From the NCBI GenBank assembly GCA_963790205.1, contig CAWBNQ010000003.1, positions 768,001-832,000 on the forward strand: DNA of 64,000 nt, written 5' to 3'. Source of the DNA: Nitrospirota bacterium. GTDB taxonomy: Bacteria; Nitrospirota; UBA9217. The translations under genes were made by a program, and so were the position numbers. Positions 1 through 10,017 of this stretch are shown here, one piece after another. The first letter of the stretch is position 1. Every line of letters begins with the position of its first letter. Below the pieces are notes generated by a model that did not search any database, was not told the DNA's origin, and saw only the letters and a list, made by a program, of their open reading frames with translations.

Positions 1-2
1 TC

Positions 3-149
3 GGCATGACCGGTTCGCGCGGGAGGGGCCAGGCGGACAGGATCGCCTCGCTCGCTGCGCAAGAGCTCGGGTGGAGCGGGGATGAGACGCGTCATCAGAT
101 TGAAAATTTCCATAAGGACCTGGGCAAAGAGAATGAATGCCTGAAATGA
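3..149 (+). CDS. 3' end of a CDS, probably glycerol-3-phosphate dehydrogenase/oxidase (GlpD-like) C-terminus
   Basis: Open frame from the window edge, GMTGSRGRGQADRIASLAAQELGWSGDETRHQIENF...CLK*; ELGW motif resembles GlpD C-termini. Confidence 0.5.
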   Translation, partial: GMTGSRGRGQADRIASLAAQELGWSGDETRHQIENFHKDLGKENECLK

Positions 150-227
150 CCGGGGATATTTCAGGTTTTTCTCGGTGAACTCTGTGGTTGATTTCGGCAT
201 TACGCCTTACCCGACGAGGAGGTTCCC

Positions 228-674
228 ATGAACTGGGCGCACGTACATCTCATGATAAATCATTTTCCGGTGGTCGGCGTCCTCGGCGCCATTCTTCTGC
301 TGGTCTATTCCCTGGTGCGGAAGAGCGAAGAGGTCAAGATGGTGAGCTTCGGCCTGTTCGTGCTGCTTGCGCTGATAACGTTCGCCGTGTACTTCACCGG
401 AGAGGCGGCCCAGGACACGGTCAAGAAGCTCCCCGGCGTGACGGAGGCCTATATCGGCAGGCACGAGGAGATGGCCGGCGTGGCCCTGGTATGCATGGAA
501 ACCCTGGGCGTCGCGGCGCTGGCGGGGCTTTTTTTTCTCCGCCGCTTCGGGTCCATTCCGACGTGGCTCGTGGTCATCGTTCTCCTCCTGTCCCTCGTTG
601 CCGCCGGGGTCGTGGGCTTCACGGCAAATCTCGGCGGCCAGATCCGCCACACGGAGATCCGGGGAGACGGATAG
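228..674 (+). CDS. Four-TM membrane protein (DUF2231-like)
   Basis: GAGGAGG RBS; HxxxxHFP motif, four hydrophobic segments, C-terminal GGQIRH. Confidence 0.7.
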   Translation: MNWAHVHLMINHFPVVGVLGAILLLVYSLVRKSEEVKMVSFGLFVLLALITFAVYFTGEAAQDTVKKLPGVTEAYIGRHEEMAGVALVCMETLGVAALAGLFFLRRFGSIPTWLVVIVLLLSLVAAGVVGFTANLGGQIRHTEIRGDG

Positions 675-798
675 AGGAGCGGGGCTTTTGGAATTATAAG
701 ACGCTCTGTGCTCTCGCGGTTGAAGGGTTCAAGATAAGGATTAAAGCTTTTTCTGCGTTCTCTGTGGTTAAAGTTTGGCATGGTGTATTGGAGGTTCT

Positions 799-1701
799 AT
801 GGCGCAGTTGATGAAAGGCAGCGGGATATCCTCGAAGATCACGGCAGCGGTCGAGGAGGAGACAGCGAGACTGGCGAAGCACGGCATCAGGGCGGGGCTG
901 GCGCTCGTGCTCGTGGGCGAGGACCGGTCTTCCTATATGTATTACCAGGCGATCCAGAGCGCGGCGGCCCGGGCCGGGATCGACGTCTATAATCATACCC
1001 TGCCTGCCAAGAGAGCGTCCCTGAACGAGCTCCTGAACCTGATCAAGACGCTGAACCATGACGAACGCGCGAACGGCATCCTGGTGTTCATGCCCCTTCC
1101 CCGCCACATCGATACCCGGAAGGTCGTGAACGCGATCGCGCCCGAGAAGGACATCGACGGACAGGGGGCCATCTCCGTCGGCCGTCTCTCCGCGGACGAG
1201 ACCACGCCCCAGCTCTTCGAACCGGGCTTTACGCTGTCCGTGCGGTCGACCTTCCTTCCCTGCACGCCCTACGGCGTGATGAGGATGCTCGAACACTACG
1301 GCATCGATCCGAAGGGAAAGAAGGTCGTTATCGTGGGCAAGAGCCTTGCCGTGGGCAAACCGCTCGCGATGATGATGCTGATGCGGGAGGCCACGGTCAC
1401 CGTGTGCCACCGCGAGACCGGGGACCTCGGGGCCGAGACGAGGCAGGCCGACATCCTGTGCTCCGCAACGGGAAGGCCGGGCCTCATCAAGGCGGACATG
1501 GTGAAAGAGGGCGCCGTGGTGGTGGACATCGGCATCACCGTCCTGCCCGACGGCAAAACCGCGGGGGACGTGGATTTTGAAGAAGTCTCGAAAAAGGCGT
1601 CGTTCATCACGCCGGTGCCCGGCGGCGTGGGGCCCGTGACCATCGCCATCCTGCTCAAGAACACCGTGATCTCCGCCAAGCGGATGGTCGGGGTGGGGTA
1701 G
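799..1701 (+). CDS. folD: Bifunctional methylenetetrahydrofolate dehydrogenase/cyclohydrolase
   Basis: PEKDIDG, PCTPYG, VGKPLA, TPVPGGVGPVT motifs; GGAGG RBS before ATG 799. Confidence 0.95.
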   Translation: MAQLMKGSGISSKITAAVEEETARLAKHGIRAGLALVLVGEDRSSYMYYQAIQSAAARAGIDVYNHTLPAKRASLNELLNLIKTLNHDERANGILVFMPLPRHIDTRKVVNAIAPEKDIDGQGAISVGRLSADETTPQLFEPGFTLSVRSTFLPCTPYGVMRMLEHYGIDPKGKKVVIVGKSLAVGKPLAMMMLMREATVTVCHRETGDLGAETRQADILCSATGRPGLIKADMVKEGAVVVDIGITVLPDGKTAGDVDFEEVSKKASFITPVPGGVGPVTIAILLKNTVISAKRMVGVG

Positions 1702-1822
1702 AAAGTAAGTAAGAAGTGTGAAGAGAGAAGGGAGAAGGGGGAAGGGGGAAGTAAGCAGTAAGAAGTAAGAAGTAAGAAGTAAACAGTAAGAAGTATGAAG
1801 TAAGAAGTACGAAGTAAGAAGA
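1702..1822 (+). repeat. Purine-rich heptamer tandem repeat (AAGTAAG-type) between convergent genes
   Basis: Repeated agtaaga units visible directly. Confidence 0.85.
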
Positions 1823-1834
1823 CTCTCGCGAAAC

Positions 1835-3013
1835 CTACTTCGGCGTTACCTTCAGTTCCAGCGAGTTCGCGGTCGAGCCGACCACCTCGACGGCAAAGGC
1901 GCCGAAATCCTTGAGCGCCAGTTCGCCGGACAGGGATTGCGCGCTGCCCTTGCAGTCGACCGAGATCCTGGCCGTGTTCCCGCTGAAGCTCCGCTCATGC
2001 AGGTCCTGGATGCCGCGCACCCGGTTCTTGAGCACGTCCTTGAACTTCACGAACTGGGTCTTGTTCAAACCGGTGACGGTTATATTGACCGGCTTCGTGC
2101 CGCCGGCCTCCCTGGAATAGACCGCCAGGATCTTGTCCGCCATCTGCTCCGCGGCGGCCTGCGCGGCCTTCCTGAGGGCCTCGATCCCCGCCGTTTCTTC
2201 GGTGATGCGCACCGCGGCGCCGCGCGTGGTCGCCGAGGCGAGGACCCGGCCCGTGTCCGTCCGGATCGCCCTCGCCGACAGGTCCGCCTGCGCCGACTTC
2301 TTGCCGCCCCCGATATCGCCGTATGACCTGGCCGCCGCCTTGCCGACGATCACGACCTCGGCGTCCGCCTGGGCGCCGAGCGTCCTGGCCTGGTCGGGGG
2401 TAAGGTCCCGGACCTTGTAGGCAGCGGTGACCCTGATGTTCTTTTCAGCCGCATGGCGGTCGATGCATTCGAACCCCTTTTTCGTGAACACGTCGATAAA
2501 GGTATTTTCCACCACGCCGATGTCGGTCTGTTGTCCCTGATGTCCCCACCACCAGGCGTGCCACTCATGCCCGATGTTCTGCTCGGCGATCATGATCATG
2601 GTCCTGGGCTTGTGCATCCGCCCGGGGAGGATGCCGATGCCCGAGAGATCGTGGGCAAGTTTGCCGAGGGAGACTTCCGCATTGATCTTAACGCGCAGCA
2701 GATTTTCCTCAACGGTCTCGCCCGCAATGGAATAGTGGGTAATGTAGCCCTTGGTCTGAGGCAGGATCTTGTCGCTGATGAGCTGGTAGTTCTCGACCTG
2801 GGTCTGCGAGTCGATGAGTATGCCGATCGCCTGCTCCACCGCGCGTTTCCGGGCGTCTTCGAGGGCCGCGTCGCGGGCGATGTCCTTTGCTCCGCCCTGG
2901 ATGACGGCCACGCCCTCGGCGGCCACGGTTTTTGTCTCCTGGGACCATGCGGCAGGGGCGCCTGCGAGGAGCGCCAGGACCAGCATCGCGGCGATCTTGG
3001 AAATACGGAACAT
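1835..3013 (-). CDS. Exported protein with FlgT N-terminal-like domain
   Basis: Signal peptide (MFRISKIAAMLVLALLAGAPAAWS); ARDAALEDARKRAVEQAIG motif; GGAG RBS. Confidence 0.7.
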   Translation of the reverse strand: MFRISKIAAMLVLALLAGAPAAWSQETKTVAAEGVAVIQGGAKDIARDAALEDARKRAVEQAIGILIDSQTQVENYQLISDKILPQTKGYITHYSIAGETVEENLLRVKINAEVSLGKLAHDLSGIGILPGRMHKPRTMIMIAEQNIGHEWHAWWWGHQGQQTDIGVVENTFIDVFTKKGFECIDRHAAEKNIRVTAAYKVRDLTPDQARTLGAQADAEVVIVGKAAARSYGDIGGGKKSAQADLSARAIRTDTGRVLASATTRGAAVRITEETAGIEALRKAAQAAAEQMADKILAVYSREAGGTKPVNITVTGLNKTQFVKFKDVLKNRVRGIQDLHERSFSGNTARISVDCKGSAQSLSGELALKDFGAFAVEVVGSTANSLELKVTPK

Positions 3014-3143
3014 GGCTCCTCCCTGGACGAGCATGCGTAGGGATAGGGTAACTATATCAGAGCCCTTCTGTACGGTCAAGCCTGTATGATCATGATCCTG
3101 GTTTTTTGAGGCAGCTCATCGCATGTTGTATTTCTTTGCACAT

Positions 3144-3310
3144 CCCCTTCGCGTCCTGAACGAAATTTTTGACCCGTCTAAGGCCACGTCCGCTCGTTCG
3201 CGCAAACCCGGCCTGCGGCCTCGGACATGCGCGTTCGCCCCTTGGGACGCTACCTTAGGCCAAGACGGGTGCCCAAAAATTTCGTAGGGCCGCTCCGTGG
3301 ACGCGCGGGG
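3144..3310. repeat. Long imperfect palindrome (REP/MITE-like hairpin)
   Basis: Nested arms CGCGTCC/GGACGCG, ACGAAATTTTTG(3160-3171)/CAAAAATTTCGT(3274-3285), ACCCGTCT/AGACGGGT. Confidence 0.75.
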
Positions 3311-3346
3311 TTTGGGTAAAGACTGAAAGGAATTTTGTTTGTACCT

Positions 3347-3424
3347 TCGTTTTTCCAGAGGCCCCTGCATCCCGTGAACAGGGACGCGGCGGTGCAGGAA
3401 AAAACAATGGATCCCGAACATCAT
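3347..3424 (-). repeat. Dispersed repeat family A, short (internally deleted or empty) copy
   Basis: Reverse complement matches both ends of the ~210-bp elements at 34595 and 42687. Confidence 0.85.
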
Positions 3425-3529
3425 GGACGACCTGCAAGAGTAAGGCAGCGATAGGACGTGAATTTTCTGGATATTTATCAGGATAGATGCTAGAATTTGG
3501 AACAACAGGGTCCTGGAAGGAGTGACGCG

Positions 3530-4249
3530 GTGCCGAGACTGTCCGTGAACATCGATCATATTGCCACGCTCCGGCAGGCGAGAAAGGGCATCGAGCCCGA
3601 TCCGGTCGCCGCGGCCGTGCTCGCCGAGCTCGCCGGCGCCCAAGGCATCATCGCCCATTTGCGCGAGGACCGGCGGCATGTCCAGGACCGGGACCTGCGC
3701 CTGCTCCGCGAGACCGTGCAGACGAAGCTCAATCTCGAGATGGCGGCGACGGAAGAGATGCTGCGCATTGCGGTCGAGGTGAAGCCGGATTTTTCCACGC
3801 TGGTCCCGGAGAAAAGGGAAGAGCTCACGACCGAGGGCGGCCTGGAGGTCGCTTCGCGGATCGATTTCATGAGGTCCTCCGTCAGCCGGCTTCAGCAGGC
3901 CGGGATCGCGGTCAGTCTGTTTCTCGACCCCGATGAAAAGCAGATCGCGGCGGCGAAGAAGAGCGGCGCGGACTGGGTCGAGCTCCACACGGGCGCGTAT
4001 GCGAACGCGAAGGCCGGGAAGGACCGCGACCGGGAGTTCGCCAGGATCGCCGATGGGGCGCGGCTCGCGGCAAGTCTCGGACTGCGCGTGGGCGCGGGCC
4101 ACGGGCTCAATTACGTGAACGCGCAGCGGATCGCGGGCATTCCCGGGGTGGAGGAGCTGAACATCGGCCACAGCATCATCTCGCGGGCGGCGCTCGTGGG
4201 GCTTGAACGGGCGGTGCGGGAAATGATCGGATTGGTAAACACCAAATAA
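3530..4249 (+). CDS. pdxJ: Pyridoxine 5'-phosphate synthase
   Basis: [35 protein letters not shown] motifs. Confidence 0.97.
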   Translation: MPRLSVNIDHIATLRQARKGIEPDPVAAAVLAELAGAQGIIAHLREDRRHVQDRDLRLLRETVQTKLNLEMAATEEMLRIAVEVKPDFSTLVPEKREELTTEGGLEVASRIDFMRSSVSRLQQAGIAVSLFLDPDEKQIAAAKKSGADWVELHTGAYANAKAGKDRDREFARIADGARLAASLGLRVGAGHGLNYVNAQRIAGIPGVEELNIGHSIISRAALVGLERAVREMIGLVNTK

Positions 4250-4387
4250 CAAGCGCCAAATCTCAAATAAATATCAAGCACCAAGCACCAAATTTAAAAC
4301 GTTTCGAATTTGAAGCTTCGAATTTGGTTACTATTTGTAATTTGGGATTTGTAATTTGGGATTTGAATTTTTTCAACGGGGGTGGGA

Positions 4388-4792
4388 ATGATCATCGGCA
4401 TCGGGGTCGATCTCGTAAAGATAGACCGCATCGACAAAGCGGGGAAGAACCACAACGGGTTCCTTGAACGGGTCTTCACCGAGCGCGAGCGCGAGTACTG
4501 CTCCCGGCAGAAATACCCGGCCCAGCACTATGCGGGCAGGTTCGCCGCAAAAGAAGCGGTGCTCAAGGCCATCGGCACGGGCTGGAGCGCGGGCGTCAAG
4601 TGGACGGACATGGAAGTGCTGCACGGCGAGGGCGGCGGCCCGATCGTGAATATTTCGGGAAGGGTCAAGGACCTCATGGACCTCAGGGGAGTAAGGCAGA
4701 TCCTCTTAAGCTACTCGCACGACGAAGGGTATGCCGTTGCGCAGGTGGTGCTGGAGGGCGGCATGATGCAGGGGACGAGTGAACAGCCCTGA
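4388..4792 (+). CDS. acpS: Holo-ACP synthase
   Basis: GIGVDLV, AGRFAAKEAVLKA, SYSHD; follows pdxJ. Confidence 0.95.
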   Translation: MIIGIGVDLVKIDRIDKAGKNHNGFLERVFTEREREYCSRQKYPAQHYAGRFAAKEAVLKAIGTGWSAGVKWTDMEVLHGEGGGPIVNISGRVKDLMDLRGVRQILLSYSHDEGYAVAQVVLEGGMMQGTSEQP

Positions 4793-4863
4793 AAGATCAG
4801 AGCAATGAAAAAGGAAAAGCAGGTTAAGGCTGAGGCTGAGGTTTCCTCACAACCCTCCATGAT

Positions 4864-6411
4864 ATGAAGATCGTCACCGCACAACAGATAAAAAACATCG
4901 ACCGCAGGGCGATCCGGGACTTCGGCATTCCCGGCCCGGTCCTGATGGAGAACGCCGCAGCCGCGGTCATGGCCGAGATGGAGAAGTTCTTCGACGGCCT
5001 CGCCGGCATGCGGGTCGGCATTCTCTGCGGCAAGGGAAACAACGGGGGCGACGGCCTTGCGCTCGCCCGGCGGCTCAGTATCCGGGGCGTGCCGGTGCGC
5101 GTTGCGCTGCTTGCGCCCTTCGGCGCGGTCACGGGCGAGGCGAAGGTCAATCTCTCCATTCTCCGGAAGATGGATGTCGAGCTCGCGCAGAACGCGTCCA
5201 CGCGCGCAATTGCCGACGTAGTAGCGTGGTCCGACATTCTCGTGGATGCCCTGCTCGGCGTGGGACTTTCAGCGCCCCTCAGGGGGACCTACGCATTTGC
5301 CGTGGAACGGATGAATGGGTCGGGCAAACCCCTGGTTGCCGTCGATGTTCCCACGGGCATCAACGCGGACACGGGCGAGGCCATGGGCCCGGCGATCCGG
5401 GCGGACCTTACCGTCGCCATGGCGCTCATGAAGCGCGGGCTCGTGCTCCATCCGGGCGCGCAGCATGCGGGTACGGTGCGGGTCGCCGACATCGGCATTC
5501 CGTCCGGGGTGGTGGACCAGGAAAAGATCCTGACGAGCCTTTTGACGCGCGGCTCTGCCTGGGGCCTTGTCGGTCAGAGGAGGCCGGACGCCAACAAGGG
5601 GAGCTTCGGGCACGCGCTGGTCGTTGCCGGATCGCTCGGAAAGGCCGGTGCGGCGGTCATGACGGCCCGCGGCGCGCTCAGGGCCGGAGCGGGGCTGGTG
5701 AGCGTGGCATTGCCGAACGGTCTCGTCCCGATCGTCCAGCAACAGGTGTTCGAGGCGATGTGCATCCCTTCAGCGGAAAGCATCGACGGCACGATGGGCA
5801 TCGGGGCGGAGGTCGAGCTGCTCAAGGCAGCGGGCTCGATGAGCGCCTGCGCCATCGGCCCCGGACTTTCGACCCATTATGAAACGATCCAGATGGTGCG
5901 GAATTTCGTCCAGAGGCTTACGATCCCCGCGGTCATCGATGCGGACGGGCTGAACGCGCTCGTCGGCGCTCTCGGGGTGCTCAGGAAAATAAAGGCCCCG
6001 GTCATCCTGACGCCCCATCCCGGAGAAATGGGCAGGCTGCTCGGCATTTCTTCCCGCGAGGTGCAAAAGGACAGGATCGGCATCGCCGGCGAATTCGCGA
6101 TGAAATATAAAGTAACGCTCGTGCTCAAGGGCGCGGGCACGGTGGTCGCGACGCCAGACAACAGGGTCTTCATTAATTCGACGGGCAACCCCGGCATGGC
6201 CACGGGCGGCACCGGCGACGTGCTCACCGGCATGATCGTGGGTCTCCTGGCGCAGGGATATGCGTCAACGGAAGCTGCGTGTCTCGGCGTATACCTCCAC
6301 GGCCTGGCCGGCGATCTGGCGGCCAAGGAAAAAGGCGAGATGGCCATGATCGCCGGGGACCTGATCGAGAAGATACCGGACGCGATAAAACAGATAAAAG
6401 ACGAAGGATGA
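4864..6411 (+). CDS. nnr: Bifunctional NAD(P)H-hydrate epimerase/dehydratase
   Basis: LMENA, CGKGNNGGDG, TPHPGE, GGTGDVL motifs. Confidence 0.95.
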   Translation: MKIVTAQQIKNIDRRAIRDFGIPGPVLMENAAAAVMAEMEKFFDGLAGMRVGILCGKGNNGGDGLALARRLSIRGVPVRVALLAPFGAVTGEAKVNLSILRKMDVELAQNASTRAIADVVAWSDILVDALLGVGLSAPLRGTYAFAVERMNGSGKPLVAVDVPTGINADTGEAMGPAIRADLTVAMALMKRGLVLHPGAQHAGTVRVADIGIPSGVVDQEKILTSLLTRGSAWGLVGQRRPDANKGSFGHALVVAGSLGKAGAAVMTARGALRAGAGLVSVALPNGLVPIVQQQVFEAMCIPSAESIDGTMGIGAEVELLKAAGSMSACAIGPGLSTHYETIQMVRNFVQRLTIPAVIDADGLNALVGALGVLRKIKAPVILTPHPGEMGRLLGISSREVQKDRIGIAGEFAMKYKVTLVLKGAGTVVATPDNRVFINSTGNPGMATGGTGDVLTGMIVGLLAQGYASTEAACLGVYLHGLAGDLAAKEKGEMAMIAGDLIEKIPDAIKQIKDEG

Positions 6412-6605
6412 CCATAAAGTAAAACCTAAACCAAAAGCGTCTCTCGCAAAGCACGCAAAGGGCGCAAAGGTTTTAAACCAGGAATTCTTTTTGAGCTTTT
6501 CTTTGCGAGCTTGGCGCCTTTGCGAGAAAATTTATTTCGAGTTTTTGATTCAAAATTAAAGATTTTATTTTGTGCAGTACTTTAACTATTTTCCGAGGAG
6601 TAATT

Positions 6606-7058
6606 ATGCTTACTGCGAAAGACATCATGACGAAAACCGTTGTAACGGTGAAGCCTGAAACGTCCATCGAAGAACTGTCGTCCCTGCTCGTACAGAACCG
6701 GATCAGCGGCGTGCCGGTGGTGGACGCCTCGGGCGCGCTGTACGGCATTGTGACGGAGAACGATCTCATCAGCCGGAACAAGCGGCTCCATATCCCCACC
6801 GTGGTAAGCTTCCTCGATGCCGCCATTTACCTCGAAAGCTCGAAGAAGTTCGAAGAGGAGGTCAGGCGTCTGGCCGCAACAAAGGTCGGCGATATCTGCG
6901 TCCGCAAGGTGATCACGATCACGGAAGACACGACGGTGACGGACATCGCCACGATCATGGCCGAGAAAAAGGCGCATCTCCTTCCGGTGGTCAAAAACGG
7001 CAAGGTCGTGGGCATCGTCGGCAAGCGCGATGTGGTCAAAGCCGTGGCGCAGGGCTGA
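6606..7058 (+). CDS. CBS-domain pair protein
   Basis: AKDIMT...ISGVPVVD...GIVTENDL and LLPVV...VVGIV CBS repeats. Confidence 0.9.
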   Translation: MLTAKDIMTKTVVTVKPETSIEELSSLLVQNRISGVPVVDASGALYGIVTENDLISRNKRLHIPTVVSFLDAAIYLESSKKFEEEVRRLAATKVGDICVRKVITITEDTTVTDIATIMAEKKAHLLPVVKNGKVVGIVGKRDVVKAVAQG

Positions 7059-7061
7059 AGG

Positions 7062-7556
7062 ATGTACAGCGTGGTCACCTCGAGCCCGGAGCAGACCTGG
7101 CGGACGGGCGAACTGCTCGGCGCGCTGCTCGGCCCCGGCGACCTCGTTTGTCTCTATGGCGACCTCGGCGCAGGCAAAACGAGTTTTTCGTACGGCATCG
7201 CCCTGGGGCTCGGAGTCAAGGAACAGTATATAACGAGCCCTACCTTCACGTTCGTGAACGAGTACGAGGGGCGCGTGCCCTTCTATCATATCGACCTTTA
7301 CCGTCTCAAGGACCCCGGGGAGCTGGAGAACATCGGGTTCGGGGAGTATCTCGGTTCCGACGGTGTAACGGTCATTGAATGGGCCGAACGGGCGGAGGAA
7401 GAGCTTCCCGAAGAACGGCTCAGCGTGTATCTCACGTATGTCGATGAAAACAGCCGCGAGCTCGGCTTTCTTGCCGAAGGAGAACGGTATCAGAAGATAT
7501 TGGATGCTTTACAGCAAGGCCTGGGTCAAGAGATGTCCCCGCGCGGGGGACACTGA
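7062..7556 (+). CDS. tsaE: tRNA t6A biosynthesis ATPase
   Basis: GDLGAGKT, SPTF, HIDLYRL, IEWAE. Confidence 0.95.
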   Translation: MYSVVTSSPEQTWRTGELLGALLGPGDLVCLYGDLGAGKTSFSYGIALGLGVKEQYITSPTFTFVNEYEGRVPFYHIDLYRLKDPGELENIGFGEYLGSDGVTVIEWAERAEEELPEERLSVYLTYVDENSRELGFLAEGERYQKILDALQQGLGQEMSPRGGH

Positions 7557-7586
7557 CGTGAACCCTATACCCATGAGCGCTATCCT

Positions 7587-8439
7587 ATGAACAGGTTCGG
7601 CATCATCGCAAAAAACATCCCTGAGGCGCAGAAGGCTGCAAGGAAGCTTGCGTCGTGGCTTGCCTCGCGTCATAAGAAGGTTTTCATAGACAGCGATACC
7701 GCCGCGGCCATAAAAATGCCGGGCCATGAGAGGACCGAGATCGTTTCGCTCGCCGAGATGCTTATCGTGCTGGGCGGCGACGGAACGCTCCTTTCAGCGT
7801 CCCGGCTCGTCGCCGACGCGCACCGGGACGTGCCGATCTTCGGCGTCAACCTGGGGAGCCTGGGGTTCATGGCCGAAGTATCGCTCGACGAGCTCTACGA
7901 CAACCTCGAAAAGGCGATCGCGGGCAAGCTCGCGACCGAGGACCGGATGCTGCTCTCCGCGAGCGTGATCCGCGACAGCCAGGCGCGTGGCCCAATACCG
8001 GGTGCTGAACGACGCGGTGATCAACAAGGGGGCCCTCGCGCGCATGATGGAGCTCAAGATATCGGTGAACGACGGGCACCTGACCACGCTCAGGGCCGAC
8101 GGGCTGATCGTCGCAACGCCGACGGGTTCCACGGCCTATTCCCTTTCCGCGGGCGGTCCCATCATCCATCCCACGATCCACTGTTTTGTCCTGACGCCCA
8201 TCTGTCCGCACACGCTCTCGAACAGGCCGATCGCTCTGCCGGACACCGTGACGGTCACGGTATGTCTTACCTCGCAGAGCGAGGACGTGGCGCTCACGCT
8301 CGACGGGCAGATCGGGTTCCCGTTGGTCCCGCATGACGTGGTGGAGATCAAAAAGTCCCGGTTCAAGATGAAGCTGATAAAACACCCTGCGAAGAGCTAT
8401 TACGAGATCCTGAGGACCAAGCTCAAGTGGGGGAACTGA
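7587..8439 (+). CDS. nadK: NAD kinase, split by a +1 frameshift near 7980 (probable sequence error)
   Basis: GGDGT and NLGSLGF in the first frame; [24 protein letters not shown] in the second. Confidence 0.9.
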
Positions 8440-8488
8440 AATACAGTTCGGAGTTAGGAGCGCGGAGTCCGAGGTTCAAAACCTTATC

Positions 8489-9272
8489 ATGGATGAAATA
8501 CAGCGGGAATTCCTGGATATCGTAACGCAAGTGAGGACCCATCTTGAGTACCAGAGGGCGCTTGGCGTGAGCGCAGTCGAGGTCGAGACGGTTGCGGCGA
8601 AGCCCGTGTCTCCCCCGGCAATCGCTCTTCCCCCGGCGGTCAAGCCGGCAGCAAAAACACAGAAAGAACCCGAACCACAAAAACCCGCTGCTGCAGTCGC
8701 CGGAGGGCTCTCCGCCGTGCGAGAGGAGCTCGGGGACTGCACACGGTGCAAGCTCTGCAAGGGCAGAAAGACCATCGTGTTCGGCGAAGGGGACCCGGAC
8801 GCCGTGCTGGTGTTCGTGGGAGAAGGGCCGGGGCAGGAAGAGGACCAGCAGGGGCGGCCTTTTGTGGGCGCCGCGGGCCAGCTCCTGACGGACATCATCG
8901 TCAAGGGCATGAAGCTCGACCGGGAAGACGTCTACATCTGCAACATCGTAAAGTGCCGTCCGCCCGACAACCGGAATCCCGAGCCGGATGAGATCGAGGC
9001 CTGCGAGCCCTTTCCTGATAAAGCAGCTCCGGGCGATCAAGCCGAAAATGATCGTCGCGCTCGGGAACGTCGCCGTCAAGACCCTGCTCAAAACCAAAGA
9101 GGGGATCACCAAGCTGCGCGGCACGTGGAAGACCTATCAGGGGATACCGCTTATGCCCACGTTCCATCCGGCGTACCTGCTCAGAAACCCGTCGGACAAA
9201 AAACTCGTCTGGGAAGACATCAAGAAGGTCCTGGCAGAGATGGAGAAGCTAACGAAAGGAAGTAAGGAGTAG
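8489..9272 (+). CDS. Uracil-DNA glycosylase family 4, +1 frameshift in CCCTTTCC near 9010
   Basis: [20 protein letters not shown] in the first frame; [12 protein letters not shown] in the second. Confidence 0.9.
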
Positions 9273-9341
9273 ACGGCAAGCGGCAAGCAGAAAATTTATC
9301 CGCCTGCTGCCTACCGGTTACTGCATACGGTCTGCAAAACT

Positions 9342-9836
9342 ATGGACCACCTCTGGGCGCCCTGGCGGATGGGGTATATCGCGAACAACTCGAAAAATCA
9401 TGAAGGCTGCTTTCTCTGCGAGTCGCTGAAGCGGAATGACGACCGGAAGAACTATGTCCTGTACCGCGGCAGGCATTCCTGCGTCATCATGAACCTCTAT
9501 CCCTATAACAACGGCCACCTCCTGGTCGTCCCGTATGCGCACGTTCCGGACATGAACGCGCTGCCGATCGAAGCATTGACGGACCTTATGAAGCGCGCCC
9601 AGGACTCGCTCAACGCGCTGAAGCAGGACATGAACCCCGAGGGGTTCAACGTCGGCATCAATATCGGGAAGGTCGCCGGCGCGGGACTGCCCGAGCATAT
9701 GCATATCCAGATCGTACCGCGCTGGACGGGAGACACGAGCTATTTAACGGTCTTCGATGAAACGCGCGTGATGCCGGAGCTTCTCGACGGGACCTATAAG
9801 AGGCTGAGACCGTATTTTGAGAAGATCAAGGGTTGA
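9342..9836 (+). CDS. HIT family hydrolase
   Basis: LWAPWR, NLYPYNNGH, HMHIQIVPRW (HxHxQ). Confidence 0.9.
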   Translation: MDHLWAPWRMGYIANNSKNHEGCFLCESLKRNDDRKNYVLYRGRHSCVIMNLYPYNNGHLLVVPYAHVPDMNALPIEALTDLMKRAQDSLNALKQDMNPEGFNVGINIGKVAGAGLPEHMHIQIVPRWTGDTSYLTVFDETRVMPELLDGTYKRLRPYFEKIKG

Positions 9837-10017
9837 ACTTTTGTAATTAACCAGGTCATTTTTTTATCCGCAGATTACGCAGATTTCGCAGATAAAAGCA
9901 AATCCGAATCCTGGTTTTAAAATCTGCGTCCATCTGCGTAATCTGCGGGTTGACGGCCTGAGTTGATTTTTCCCTGAGCATGTTTCAATTTTTTTACAAA
10001 AGAGCCCCGTAAATCAC

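Noticed and set aside
776..792. sigma54 promoter before folD (TGGCAT...)
   Set aside because: The -12 TTGC element is missing
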